The translations under genes and the position numbers were made by a program. 64,000 nt of DNA from an uncultured Flavobacteriaceae bacterium (lineage in GTDB: Bacteria; Bacteroidota; Bacteroidia; AKYH767-A; OLB10), in contig CAYSPG010000012.1 in NCBI GenBank assembly GCA_964432885.1, positions 25,220-89,219 of the forward strand. Reading direction: 5' to 3'. The stretch's first letter is position 1. Every line of letters starts with the position of its first letter. The notes beneath the pieces were generated by a model, which saw nothing but the letters and a program-made list of their open reading frames with translations, made no database searches and had not been told where the DNA came from. Shown piece after piece: positions 30,416 through 40,604 of this stretch.

Positions 30416-31670
30416 CTTTATTGCGGTTAAATTTTTTTTCGTGAAAAGCTCCTTTAAAATCGGGATTGTCTTTGCGCTTTTGCCTGTCAATTTCCATGGC
30501 TTGTTCCTGCTGCTCGGCAAATGTTGTTTTTTCTATTGCAATTTCAGCAGGCAATTCTTTTACAGGAATTTTTAATCCAATAAGTTTTTGAATTTTTTTT
30601 ATGTGCCATTCATCGGCCGGTGTGCAAAACGTTATGCAGGTACCGGTATTAAATGCGCGGGCTGTGCGGCCTGTGCGGTGCACATAATCTTCGTACACAA
30701 TCGGAACATCAAAATTTATTACATGCGAAACTGCCGATACATCAATGCCGCGTGCAGTAACATCGGTAGTTATCAAAATGGTAATGGCGCTTTCGCGAAA
30801 AGTGTTTAACGTGTTGGTGCGTGTTTGCTGTGCTTTATCGCCATGTAAAATATTTACTCCGCTTTCTTCAAACTCAAATTTTAAATTTTCGAAAACAGCA
30901 TTGGCAATTTTTTTTGATTTACAAAACACAATTACTTTTTTAAAAACCTCTTTTTGATTTAGCAGGTGCCTGAGAAAATTTATTTTGGTACCAAAGTTTG
31001 GTGTTTTATAAAGTTCTTGTTCAACTGTTGCCACTGTTTTTATTTCAGGAACAATGTTTATCACAATTGGGAACTCCATAAAGTCATCAGCAATTTTTTT
31101 TACCCTATCCGAAAATGTTGCCGAAAACAAAATGTTTTGCCGCTTGCGCGGAAGCACTTCAAGCAGTTTATGCAATTGTGGTGTAAATCCAAAATCCATC
31201 AGCCGCTCGGCTTCGTCAAGTACAAAGTGTTTTACTTTTTTTAAGATTAAAAAATTAGACAGGTACAGTTCCATTAATTGTGCCGGAGTACCTACTACGA
31301 CATCACAGCCGTCTGATAATTTTTTTTTCTGGTCGGTAAATCCTTTGCCGCCATAAACAGCAACTATTCTTACATCCGTATTTTTTCCCAACTGGTTAAA
31401 TACCGATGTTATTTGCAAAACAAGTTCACGGGTAGGAGCCACCACAACAAGGCGAGGCTCGTTTTCCTGAGCGTAATTTAAAATGCGCAACAGCGGCAAT
31501 ACATAGGCGGCAGTTTTACCAGTGCCTGTCTGTGCAATTCCAATTATATGCTGTCCACCAAGTATAATGGGAATGGCTTTGCTTTGAATCTCAGTAGGTG
31601 TAACAAATCCTGCATCGGCAACAGCAGTAAGCAACTGCTTGTTTAAGCGCAATTCTGAAAACGATGTCAT
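30396..31670 (-). CDS. DEAD-box ATP-dependent RNA helicase
   Basis: Q-motif (FVTPTEIQ), Walker A AQTGTGKT, DEAD box (VLDEAE), SAT, and HRTGRTAR motif VI. Confidence 0.92.
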   Translation of the reverse strand: MTSFSELRLNKQLLTAVADAGFVTPTEIQSKAIPIILGGQHIIGIAQTGTGKTAAYVLPLLRILNYAQENEPRLVVVAPTRELVLQITSVFNQLGKNTDVRIVAVYGGKGFTDQKKKLSDGCDVVVGTPAQLMELYLSNFLILKKVKHFVLDEAERLMDFGFTPQLHKLLEVLPRKRQNILFSATFSDRVKKIADDFMEFPIVINIVPEIKTVATVEQELYKTPNFGTKINFLRHLLNQKEVFKKVIVFCKSKKIANAVFENLKFEFEESGVNILHGDKAQQTRTNTLNTFRESAITILITTDVTARGIDVSAVSHVINFDVPIVYEDYVHRTGRTARAFNTGTCITFCTPADEWHIKKIQKLIGLKIPVKELPAEIAIEKTTFAEQQEQAMEIDRQKRKDNPDFKGAFHEKKFNRNKDGHRKK

Positions 31671-31712
31671 GCTGTTTGTGGTTTGAGGTTTGTAGTTTGA
31701 AGTTTGAGGTTG
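31671..31712 (-). promoter_or_regulatory. 5' leader made of five tandem heptads NNCAAAC ending 3 nt before the helicase AUG
   Basis: mRNA sense reads CCTCAAACTTCAAACTACAAACCTCAAACCACAAACAGC-AUG, with CAAAC recurring at an exact 7-nt period. Confidence 0.5.
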
Positions 31713-31770
31713 GGTTTCTCTTTATGTTATTTATACTTCAAACCTAAAACTTCAAACCATGAACCTTAAC

Positions 31771-32508
31771 CTACTTAACCCCTTTTTTAAGATGCACATT
31801 GCGAAGTCTGATGTTAAGTAACTCAACAAGCAACGAAAATGCAAGAGCGGTGTAGATATAACTTTTGTCTAAATGCAAATGCAATGATTCAACAAGTAGT
31901 ACCACACCTATTACAACTAAAAATGCAAGGGCCAGCATTTTAAGTGTTGGGTATTTTTCAATAAACGTGCTAACATACGGTGCAAAGGCCAGCATCACAA
32001 GCATTGAAATTACAACAGCAATAACCATAATAATTATTTGGTTACTCAAACCTACTGCTGTTATTATACTATCAAAAGAAAACACAATATCAATAAGCGT
32101 AATTTGCAATATGGCCTGTGTCATTGTCATTTGTCTTGACTTTGAGGTTTCTTCGTGGTCAGCAATTTTAAATTTGTGGTAAATTTCTTTTATGGTTTTT
32201 ATAATCAGGAAAACTCCACCCGAAAATAAAATCAAATCGCGGCCGCTAACGCCAAAATCAACAATGTAAAAAAGCGGGTTTACCAATCGGGCAATCCATG
32301 AAATGGTAAACAGCAAACAAATGCGAATTACCAAAGCCATCATTAAGCCAAGTGTACGCGCTGTTTTTTGGTCTTTTTTATTGGATACGTATCCGCAGAT
32401 AATGGCAATAAAAATTATGTTGTCAATACCCAATACAATTTCCATCAGTATTAGTGTTACTAGGCTGATGATTCCTTCGGGTGTCATTAAGGGGGCGAGA
32501 ATGTCCAT
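31771..32508 (-). CDS. TerC/Alx family integral membrane protein
   Basis: 245 aa, 7 TM helices, N-terminus LILMEIVLGIDNIIFIAI typical of TerC. Confidence 0.85.
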   Translation of the reverse strand: MDILAPLMTPEGIISLVTLILMEIVLGIDNIIFIAIICGYVSNKKDQKTARTLGLMMALVIRICLLFTISWIARLVNPLFYIVDFGVSGRDLILFSGGVFLIIKTIKEIYHKFKIADHEETSKSRQMTMTQAILQITLIDIVFSFDSIITAVGLSNQIIIMVIAVVISMLVMLAFAPYVSTFIEKYPTLKMLALAFLVVIGVVLLVESLHLHLDKSYIYTALAFSLLVELLNIRLRNVHLKKGVK

Positions 32509-32552
32509 ATACGGTTTAAAGTTTGAAGTTTACGGTTTGAAGTTTGAAGGGT
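32509..32552 (-). promoter_or_regulatory. 5' leader made of tandem heptads (Y)NN(C/T/A)AAAC ending 5 nt before the TerC AUG
   Basis: mRNA sense reads CCTTCAAACTTCAAACCGTAAACTTCAAACTTTAAACCGTAT-AUG. Confidence 0.5.
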
Positions 32553-32740
32553 GTTAGTAGGGCAAACAAGTAATTTGTTATCTTTAATCTGACATTCGAT
32601 GGTTTCAGATAACTGAAAACGGCAAACTGCAAACCGTTTTCGGCCGCAAATGTAACACAACAGCCTAAACCAAAATATTATTTTTACCTTAGGCAACGTT
32701 TGGCCTCATTTTGTAGTCTATGTATTTATAACTAACCTAA

Positions 32741-35401
32741 ATGAAAGAAAAGAAGTGTTTATTGGCATCCATTTTTTTTATGGTTTACCTGCCATCTGCT
32801 ATGGCACAAAATGGTCTAACGGTTTATGGTATGCCTTCGGGCTACACTTTAAATCAGGTGCGATACAAGAACTGTATAACAACAGATGTTAACAATAATG
32901 TTTACGTTGGATTCAGAGATATAGGTTTAGGAAAATTTACTCCTTCAACATCCACATGGGTAATGTATGATACGGTTAATTCAGTAATTCCATCAAACAA
33001 AATACTATCGCTTGACATTGATAATGCAGGAAACGTGTGGGCAGGTACAACAAAAGGTCTTGCAAAATACGATGGCAGTAACTGGACTGTTTACAACACG
33101 CAAAACTCAAATCTTATAAACGATAGTGTACAAAGTTTATTTATAGTTGGAACCAATATTTGGTTGGGCACTCCACAAGGTGTTTCGGTTTTTAATGGAA
33201 GCTTTACAAATTACACCACATCAAACTCATCATTAGTAAACAACAACATTACCTGCTTTGATGTTGATAGTGCCGGAAAAATTTTGATTGGTACTACAGG
33301 AGGGATTTCAATTTTTGATGGAAGCACCTGGACAAATTACACAACTGCCAACAGCGGTTTAATTTCAAACCAGATAAGACAGGTAAAATATGTTTCATCA
33401 AAAGCTACTTGGATTTCGACTGTTGCGGGAATTTGCAAATTGCAAAACGGCACCATTATAAATTACAACTGTGACTACACCTATTTATTTAATTTTTTTA
33501 TGGCTTCATACACAATTGCTAAAAAAAGTGATGAACTTTATGTTTTCCAGTATAATTTAACAAGGTTTAATGAGGATGATAATATTGACAGTATTGGGGT
33601 AAACGTAAGAGCAATGGGTAGCGTTGCGTTAATACAGTTTACCCACTTTGCATTCGACCATAACGGATTGCTTTGGACAGCTTATGGTGCCAACTCTACC
33701 ACAGCCGGGCTTTCAGCGTTTGACGAAACTCAATCATCAGGATTTGTCAATGTTACCCATGTTTCAAGCGAAAAGCATATTGACATTAACAATGTTGGGG
33801 CGCTGATAAGAAACAGAGGCGAAATGTTTTGGGATGGAGTTGGTGCTCCGCAGTATGAAGTACCTAAGTGCAGCGGTAAACACGCAAATTTTGCAGCTGC
33901 ACTTTGGATTGGTGGTTATGACCAAAATGGTTTATTGCACACCGCAGCACAAACATACAGGCAAGGTGGCAGAAATGATTTTTTACCAGGCCCACTGGAT
34001 ACCACCAATGCAACCATGGATTCGCTTATAACTATGGCTCCTTACGATAATATTTGGAGAACTAACCGCAATACCATTGATGCATTTAAAATAAATTTTT
34101 TAAACGGAAATGTGACCAATGGAACTTACCCTGTGCCAAACGAAATTTTAAGTTATCCCGCCAACGGTAGCGGTAACATAACACGCAACCTTGCTCCTTA
34201 TGTTGATTACAACGGAGATGGAAACTACAACCCTTATGATGGCGATTATCCAAAAATAAAAGGCGACCAGCAACTGTACTGGATTTTTAACGACCAAACT
34301 TTACACACCGAAACTGGTGGGCCTGCGTTTGGTTTTGAAATACATGCTTATGCATATGCATATAGTTGTAACCAAATTAACTTAGGCGATAGCAATGCAG
34401 TAATTGACTACACAACTTTTTATAAATATGAAATAATTAACCGAAGTATAAATACTTACGATAGTGTGTTTATAGGTTTGATGACTGACAGTGATCTAGG
34501 AGATGGATGGGATGATTATTTAGGCTGTGATTCTGTTTTAAATGCAGCCTTTACCTATAATGGAGATAATGATGATGGCACTGGATTTCCAAATGGATAT
34601 GGATTAAATCCACCTATGATTAATTGTCAGGTATTAAAGGGTCCTGAACCAGTACCTAATGATGGCATAGACAACGACCATGATGGAATCATAGATGAAT
34701 CAGGGGAGTTGAATATGATGACTGTATTCCATCCTTATACTGGAGGAGGCTCGATAACTGGCTACCCAGTTGCCACTGATGATTACTATCAATTTTTAAT
34801 TTCCAGATGGAGAGATGGCTCATTCGTAACGAATGATGGATTAAATGGTACAAACCAAAATTCTCCACCGACAAATTACCTCTATTCAGGAGTCCCATAT
34901 TCTGGAAATGGCTGGACTGAAGGTAGTGCTGGTAACGTTCCTTCTGACAGACGATTCGTTCTTTCTTCAGGCCCTTTTACAATTGCACCCAATGAAACAC
35001 GCACCATTGACTTTGCGTATGTATTTACATGGGATAGCACAGCGGTTAACGGATTAAATACTTCCATTGCGCGCAACACTGCCGATTTGCAACGGGTTAA
35101 GTATTGGTTTGACAACAATAATTTTCCATCATGCCTTAATACAGGAATAGAACATGCATCAACAAAAATTCCTGAAATAAAAATTTTCCCAAACCCGTCA
35201 ACCGATTTTATTACAGTAAGATGCTCTGATGTTTCAAGCCCCGTAAAAGTTGATATGTATGATGTAACAGGAAGAAAAATACTAAGCCGCAAAATAATTT
35301 CAGAAGGACAAGTAAATGTTTCCAGGCTCAGTCCTTCGGTATATTTTTTGCGCGCTGTGGTTAATGGAAATGCAGTTACTAAAAAGTTTGTGAAAAATTA
35401 A
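32741..35401 (+). CDS. Secreted protein with N-terminal two-component-regulator-propeller (Y_Y_Y-type) repeats and a T9SS type A C-terminal sorting domain
   Basis: Signal peptide; repeated motifs NVWAGTTKGLAKYDGSNWTVY...; C-terminus KIFPNPSTDFITV...VYFLRAVVNG matches the Por_Secre_tail type A domain. Confidence 0.75.
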   Translation: MKEKKCLLASIFFMVYLPSAMAQNGLTVYGMPSGYTLNQVRYKNCITTDVNNNVYVGFRDIGLGKFTPSTSTWVMYDTVNSVIPSNKILSLDIDNAGNVWAGTTKGLAKYDGSNWTVYNTQNSNLINDSVQSLFIVGTNIWLGTPQGVSVFNGSFTNYTTSNSSLVNNNITCFDVDSAGKILIGTTGGISIFDGSTWTNYTTANSGLISNQIRQVKYVSSKATWISTVAGICKLQNGTIINYNCDYTYLFNFFMASYTIAKKSDELYVFQYNLTRFNEDDNIDSIGVNVRAMGSVALIQFTHFAFDHNGLLWTAYGANSTTAGLSAFDETQSSGFVNVTHVSSEKHIDINNVGALIRNRGEMFWDGVGAPQYEVPKCSGKHANFAAALWIGGYDQNGLLHTAAQTYRQGGRNDFLPGPLDTTNATMDSLITMAPYDNIWRTNRNTIDAFKINFLNGNVTNGTYPVPNEILSYPANGSGNITRNLAPYVDYNGDGNYNPYDGDYPKIKGDQQLYWIFNDQTLHTETGGPAFGFEIHAYAYAYSCNQINLGDSNAVIDYTTFYKYEIINRSINTYDSVFIGLMTDSDLGDGWDDYLGCDSVLNAAFTYNGDNDDGTGFPNGYGLNPPMINCQVLKGPEPVPNDGIDNDHDGIIDESGELNMMTVFHPYTGGGSITGYPVATDDYYQFLISRWRDGSFVTNDGLNGTNQNSPPTNYLYSGVPYSGNGWTEGSAGNVPSDRRFVLSSGPFTIAPNETRTIDFAYVFTWDSTAVNGLNTSIARNTADLQRVKYWFDNNNFPSCLNTGIEHASTKIPEIKIFPNPSTDFITVRCSDVSSPVKVDMYDVTGRKILSRKIISEGQVNVSRLSPSVYFLRAVVNGNAVTKKFVKN

Positions 35402-35494
35402 TTGTTCAATTTTATTGGCTTTAGAATTTTGATTTTGCCTTACTAACCTTTTATAGTCACAGATTCACAGATTAAAATTATTATAGAAAAAAAT

Positions 35495-35535
35495 AAAGCA
35501 TTCAGATTTACTTTAATCTGAGTGCTTTATTTTTC
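35495..35535 (+). terminator. Rho-independent terminator after the T9SS cargo gene
   Basis: 14-bp stem AAAGCATTCAGATT / AATCTGAGTGCTTT (1 mismatch) with a 6-nt loop, followed by ATTTTTC. Confidence 0.65.
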
Positions 35536-35626
35536 AATCCTAATCTGTGAAACAAAGTTTATGAACACCATAATTTATAAAATAGCAAGTGAATAATCCG
35601 TGCCTATAAACCATTTTAGTTAAATC

Positions 35627-36700
35627 TTATACACCAAAAAGCACCTTAACTTTTTTGTTCAGCGGCTCTTCAATGCATTTAAAAAGCAAAACCGAAATGA
35701 TGGTTGAAGTAAACAATTCAATAAAAAAATAATTTCCAATATACTTTACAAACACAGTGTGCAAAATACCAAGATGAATAAGATAAAAGCAATAACTGCT
35801 TTTGCCCAGCAACTGAAACAGTTTTGTTGAAAGCATTTTTTCAACTGCTGTGCTTTCGGTAATTAATCCATAAATAAGCATTACGATGAAAACAGGCAGC
35901 ACAAAATTGTTAAGTGCAATTCCCCATCCTGTATGCAGCCCGTATTTTTCATCCACTCTTAAAAGAGAAAGCACTATTGTAATAAGCAAAACAGATAGTG
36001 CGCCCAAATATGTAAAAGAGAAAATTGTTTTTTTTGTTTTTCCGTTTTCTTTTAGCCAAAGTGCAAGTTGAATGCCTGCAAAAAATTCAAAGCACCTTCC
36101 AAAAAAAGTGTAAAGCAAAGTGAAACGGTACGAACCAAAAAATCCATCTGCAGTTTTTATATCATTAAAATAAACGGTAAGTAAAATTCCAATAGTTAAA
36201 ATGGCAAGAGGCATCATCCATAAATTTATTTTTCGGTGCAGTAAAAAAATAACCGGAGCGCATACATAAAAAACTTCTTCAACCGTTAACGACCACCCTT
36301 GCGCAATACCCGTTTGAAAGTACTGCTCAAAAAAGCCACGCAAAAAAGTTATGTTGAGCAAATAAATTTTTAATCCTTCGTTATAAAATAAAAAGGCAAC
36401 GGTGGTTATAATAAAATATACCGGGTAAATTCGCGCAATGCGGTTTACCATATATTTTTTAAACCAGTTTTTTTCAGAAGCAAACAAATGGTAATAGCGA
36501 TGGCAGATTAAAAAACCACTGAGCACAAAAAAAATGGTAACACCCACATGCCACTCCTGCAACACATCATAAACAAAAACCGGCAAACTAAGCGGAGTAA
36601 AGTGGTGTACAAAAACCAACAAAGCTGCCACATAACGCAGGCCGGTAAGAGCAGGAAAAATGTTTGCTGTTTTCAGTTCAATGAATTTAACTTTTGCCAA
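35627..36700 (-). CDS. Acyltransferase family 3 (OafA/YrhL-like) membrane protein
   Basis: 357 aa, 10 TM helices, N-terminal LRYVAALLVFVHHF motif. Confidence 0.85.
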   Translation of the reverse strand: MAKVKFIELKTANIFPALTGLRYVAALLVFVHHFTPLSLPVFVYDVLQEWHVGVTIFFVLSGFLICHRYYHLFASEKNWFKKYMVNRIARIYPVYFIITTVAFLFYNEGLKIYLLNITFLRGFFEQYFQTGIAQGWSLTVEEVFYVCAPVIFLLHRKINLWMMPLAILTIGILLTVYFNDIKTADGFFGSYRFTLLYTFFGRCFEFFAGIQLALWLKENGKTKKTIFSFTYLGALSVLLITIVLSLLRVDEKYGLHTGWGIALNNFVLPVFIVMLIYGLITESTAVEKMLSTKLFQLLGKSSYCFYLIHLGILHTVFVKYIGNYFFIELFTSTIISVLLFKCIEEPLNKKVKVLFGV

Positions 36701-36742
36701 AAGTAAAAGAATATAAAAACTGAATATGGAAAAAATCTCCCC

Positions 36743-37624
36743 CTATTTTCTTGCTTCTATGTACATGGTAACTTTGGGTGTTGTAAAATCAAAAAAAATC
36801 AGGTCACGCATTACAGGGCAAAAACTTTGCCCATAAGCCGAACGGTAAATTGTTTTAAATCCGGCTTTGGTAAGCATGGTAAAAATTTTTTTCTGGTTAA
36901 ACCAATTGATATGATTACCCGGATTTTGACGCTGTATTTCTATGCTGCAAAGAGAGGTGCAATAGTTCATAGCATCTTCAAACGACCTGGTGGCAAATAA
37001 ATCTTTAAGCTCCATATCGCTAATTCTTTTTACAGCACCATGCAATGGAATTTCAGAAGCCTGTGATGCAAAGTTTTCTAAAAAAACCTGTGCTGTTGTT
37101 TCCTGATTTAATGGTTTTCGAAGATTAACTCGTTTAAAATCTTTTTCAGAGCTATAATAGTCAATCCAATAAAAATAATCGCGATCGTTTTCTACGTATG
37201 CACGGTATTCAATATCAATATCAGGAGTTGCAATGCGAAAAAATCCTCCCGACTTTAGCATCCTGCAGGCTTCGTTAAAAAGATTTTGAACAGCTTCATC
37301 ATTAACATGCTCAATGGTATGGCTTGTATAAACCACCTCGGCACTGCCCGTTTCCACAGGTATAGGCTGACACGAAAACAAATCATAATTAATTCCGCCA
37401 AGGGTATTTTTTGTATTATCATTATACCATTCGCTAACAAAATCCACATTTGTCCAGCATGAATGATTAAATGCACCCGCGCCAACATTATAAAATCGTT
37501 TGTTGCGTACGCTGTCTTCTGAATAAATACGGTTATACATTTCTAAATTCTCATTTTTAACAGCCTTGCGTGAAATTTGCAATCCTGCCAAATCGAAAAT
37601 TTTTTTTAATGCATGTGTTATCAT
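36743..37624 (-). CDS. Hypothetical protein, probably a SAM-dependent (FkbM/class I-like) methyltransferase
   Basis: YNVGAGAFNH and LKSGGFFRIATPD motifs resemble MTase motifs I and post-I; sits in an operon with the acyltransferase-3 gene. Confidence 0.4.
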   Translation of the reverse strand: MITHALKKIFDLAGLQISRKAVKNENLEMYNRIYSEDSVRNKRFYNVGAGAFNHSCWTNVDFVSEWYNDNTKNTLGGINYDLFSCQPIPVETGSAEVVYTSHTIEHVNDEAVQNLFNEACRMLKSGGFFRIATPDIDIEYRAYVENDRDYFYWIDYYSSEKDFKRVNLRKPLNQETTAQVFLENFASQASEIPLHGAVKRISDMELKDLFATRSFEDAMNYCTSLCSIEIQRQNPGNHINWFNQKKIFTMLTKAGFKTIYRSAYGQSFCPVMRDLIFFDFTTPKVTMYIEARK

Positions 37625-37645
37625 CTTAAAAATATTTTTACAAAT

Positions 37646-37682
37646 AAAACTAAAAAGCCCCTCCGCTGTGCAAAGGGGCTTT
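37646..37682 (-). terminator. Rho-independent terminator of the T9SS cargo gene 37699..40449
   Basis: Perfect 9-bp stem AAAGCCCCT / AGGGGCTTT with an 11-nt loop; on the minus strand it is followed by TTTTTAGTTTTATTT. Confidence 0.7.
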
Positions 37683-37698
37683 AGTTAGGATTAAATTA

Positions 37699-40449
37699 TT
37701 ATCTGACTTCTAACTTTAGTTTCTCATTTGATGAGGCACTGCTAAGCGACACTATGTAAACACCTTTTGATAAGGCATGAATATTAATTTCGTGTTGGTT
37801 GGCTCCGCGTTTTGAAATTCCACCTTCGGCAATTACTTGTTTCCCTAATATATCAAACACTTTAATCGAATAGGATTCATCGCTATCGGTATTAAACATT
37901 AATGCAACTTTTTCTTTTGCCGGATTTGGATACAAAATTGTTTTAACATGTTCGTCCTCTGCAATCTCATTGTTTCCGTTACGGCATGGCATAACCACAG
38001 CCAGAACACTTGAACCGCTACTGCCACAGGCATTGCTACCAGAACATGTAACATTTCCATTTTGCGCTCCCATATTAACTGTTATTGAAGTAGTACCCTG
38101 ACCTGATACAATAGACGAGCCTGAAGGAACTATCCAGTTATCAATGGTACCGGCAACAGGATTAGCCGGAATAGTAAACACAACACCCGCCTGATTTTTG
38201 CAAAACGAAGATGGGTTAGCAGTAATAGCTCCTGGTGTTTGAGGAAATCCTTTTAACGGTATGCAACGAGGAGCACTGGTGCGACAATAATTTACACCCG
38301 ATACACACAAGTTTGAATTACCGGGATTACCAAAAGAAATATCAACTGTATTGGTTCCTGCACCGGCACCAATGGTTGCGTTGGGAGGAAGTGTCCAGGA
38401 ATAACTAGTTGCACTGTTTGACGTGCCTGCTGCATAAGTAAGAGTGGTATTGCATGCACTATAAATTTGACCTGTAAGTGTAGTCGGAATGCCAGGCATA
38501 TCAATAGATGTTGCAAAAATTTTATTAGTAGATGTATAACAATGGGTTGATGCATTCACCAGAATATTTCCTCCATTATAGGTAGGACCAAAATCAATCA
38601 CTACTGAATTTGTTCCCTGCCCACTTGCAATAGTTGCTCCGGCAGGCGGTGTCCAGTTATATGTACTTGCACCGGCTACATTTTGTGTTGCATAGGTTAT
38701 GTTTGGCAGGTTATTACAAACCTTTGCAGGTCCCGTTACTATGGCTGGTGTCGAAACTGAATAGCGAGTCCAAACATGGCTTGAGTCATCACTAGTTCCA
38801 CATTCGTTAAGTGCGCGAACGTTTATGTAATATCCTGTATTGTTCATTGAGCTAAAGTCCACAAGCACAACCTCACTGCCTTGTCCGCTGGCAATTGATA
38901 CTCCATCACTACCAAACCAGTCGTAACCAAATGCATCAGGCTGTAATGGAATACTGTACTGGACTCCCGTTGTTCCGGGACAGGTTACCTGCGAACCACC
39001 TGTTATTGCACCCGGAGTTACAGGCTTGTATTTAATGGTAAGAGGTGCCACAGAAGAAACTTTATTAGGATTGCAAGAGTTTGTAACTTTTACATCATAA
39101 TTTCCTGCATAAGAAATATCTGCTTGATTAATGGTAAGTGTATTTGTGGTTGCTCCCGAAACATTAGGTCCATCAACCAAATTAACACCGTTTAATCTCC
39201 ATTGGTAATTTAAATTTAATCCTATTGCAGAAACGGTAAACATTGCAGATGTACTATCACATACTTCAGTAGCAGTTGGCTGCACCGGAATGTCAATTAC
39301 TTTGGTTAACTGCAAACAGCGAGGCAGGCCTGTGCCACAAGCATTGGTAGATGTTACACACACACGTCCTGTATTATAATTTTGAAGAAAGTTAATATCT
39401 ACCTGTGGTGTATTTTGACCTGCAATAATTGATGCTGGCGCAAGTGTTGTCCAATTGTATCCGGTAACACCCGGTAATACCGGAACTGAATATTGTGCCA
39501 CGCCATTGCAAAGTCCAGCAGCAATGCCTGTAATGGAAGCTGGCGCATTAGGAGCCGAGCGAATCTGCAAAACTTTTTCTTTGCTAACTCCACATCCGTT
39601 GTTTGCTTTAACGCCAACATTACCTACTGTAAAGCCGGCAGGCATGGTTATAGTTACCGTATTGGTTCCCTGCCCGGTAATAGTAGCTCCGATAGGTGCC
39701 GACCATGTATAAGATGTTACGTTAGCTACCTGCTGTACACTAAACACTCCGCTTTGTCCGGCACAAACTGTAGTCGGACCTGAAATAGTTCCAGGTGTAA
39801 GTGGTTTATCAACATAAATGGTTGCGAGCTGGCTCGGACTGGTTCCGCATCCGTTTGATACATTTACACTCAACGTTCCATTGTTTACAAATCCAGCGTT
39901 AAATTGAACCGTAATTTGATTGGTACCCTGCCCGCTTAAAATGCTTGCGCCTGTTGGAACAGACCATGTAAAAATTCGTTGAGCAATATTAGTTACACTA
40001 TATGTATTGGTGGTTCCGGGACAGGCAAAAAAGTTTCCGCTTATACTTGAGGCACCACCAGGCACACCGGCCGAAGTAATGGTTTTGGTTAGCGGCCCGG
40101 TTGTAAAACAGGCATTGCTGGCATAAACGCTTATATTTCCTGGTGGCACAAAGAAAGGGCCGAAATTAACCGTAACTGTTGTTGAAGATGAAGTATATGG
40201 ATTTTGGCCATTAATATTACATCCCGAAGGCAGATACCAAGTGTAATCGGTGGCATTAGTTACGGCAGTAACGGTATATGTGTTTGATAAACCCGGACAA
40301 CTTTGTAAAGGACCCGTAACGCCACCAATACTACCAAGTTGCGGGCATTGTGCATTAATAAAATTAACTGACAATGCAAGAGCAACAGCTAGTGAAACCC
40401 GGTCAAAAGTTGTTTTTACAAAACGCAATAATTGTACATTCTTTTTCAT
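37699..40449 (-). CDS. Large secreted protein of repeated PKD/Ig-like modules with a T9SS type A C-terminal sorting domain
   Basis: 916 aa; signal peptide; about 8 repeats containing P.GA.I.SGQGTN.V; C-terminus ILYPNPAKEKV...GVYIVSL matches the Por_Secre_tail. Confidence 0.8.
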   Translation of the reverse strand: MKKNVQLLRFVKTTFDRVSLAVALALSVNFINAQCPQLGSIGGVTGPLQSCPGLSNTYTVTAVTNATDYTWYLPSGCNINGQNPYTSSSTTVTVNFGPFFVPPGNISVYASNACFTTGPLTKTITSAGVPGGASSISGNFFACPGTTNTYSVTNIAQRIFTWSVPTGASILSGQGTNQITVQFNAGFVNNGTLSVNVSNGCGTSPSQLATIYVDKPLTPGTISGPTTVCAGQSGVFSVQQVANVTSYTWSAPIGATITGQGTNTVTITMPAGFTVGNVGVKANNGCGVSKEKVLQIRSAPNAPASITGIAAGLCNGVAQYSVPVLPGVTGYNWTTLAPASIIAGQNTPQVDINFLQNYNTGRVCVTSTNACGTGLPRCLQLTKVIDIPVQPTATEVCDSTSAMFTVSAIGLNLNYQWRLNGVNLVDGPNVSGATTNTLTINQADISYAGNYDVKVTNSCNPNKVSSVAPLTIKYKPVTPGAITGGSQVTCPGTTGVQYSIPLQPDAFGYDWFGSDGVSIASGQGSEVVLVDFSSMNNTGYYINVRALNECGTSDDSSHVWTRYSVSTPAIVTGPAKVCNNLPNITYATQNVAGASTYNWTPPAGATIASGQGTNSVVIDFGPTYNGGNILVNASTHCYTSTNKIFATSIDMPGIPTTLTGQIYSACNTTLTYAAGTSNSATSYSWTLPPNATIGAGAGTNTVDISFGNPGNSNLCVSGVNYCRTSAPRCIPLKGFPQTPGAITANPSSFCKNQAGVVFTIPANPVAGTIDNWIVPSGSSIVSGQGTTSITVNMGAQNGNVTCSGSNACGSSGSSVLAVVMPCRNGNNEIAEDEHVKTILYPNPAKEKVALMFNTDSDESYSIKVFDILGKQVIAEGGISKRGANQHEINIHALSKGVYIVSLSSASSNEKLKLEVR

Positions 40450-40604
40450 GATACTCTGGAATTAAATTTATTGAATATTATACTCTACATAAGACCTGAG
40501 GGTTTCCTTATTATAGATATATATCAAAACAAAGCTTTACAAAAAGGGTGTAATTCTTACACTTTTGCAAAGTAAAAAACAATAAAAAAGTAAGGGTTTT
40601 AAAA

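Noticed and set aside
40450-40604. Hairpin AAAAGGGTGTAA-ttct-TACACTTTT downstream of MoxR as a terminator
   Set aside because: The stem is imperfect (G.C mismatch) and the T-run is interrupted. It is plausible but too weak to list as a feature.
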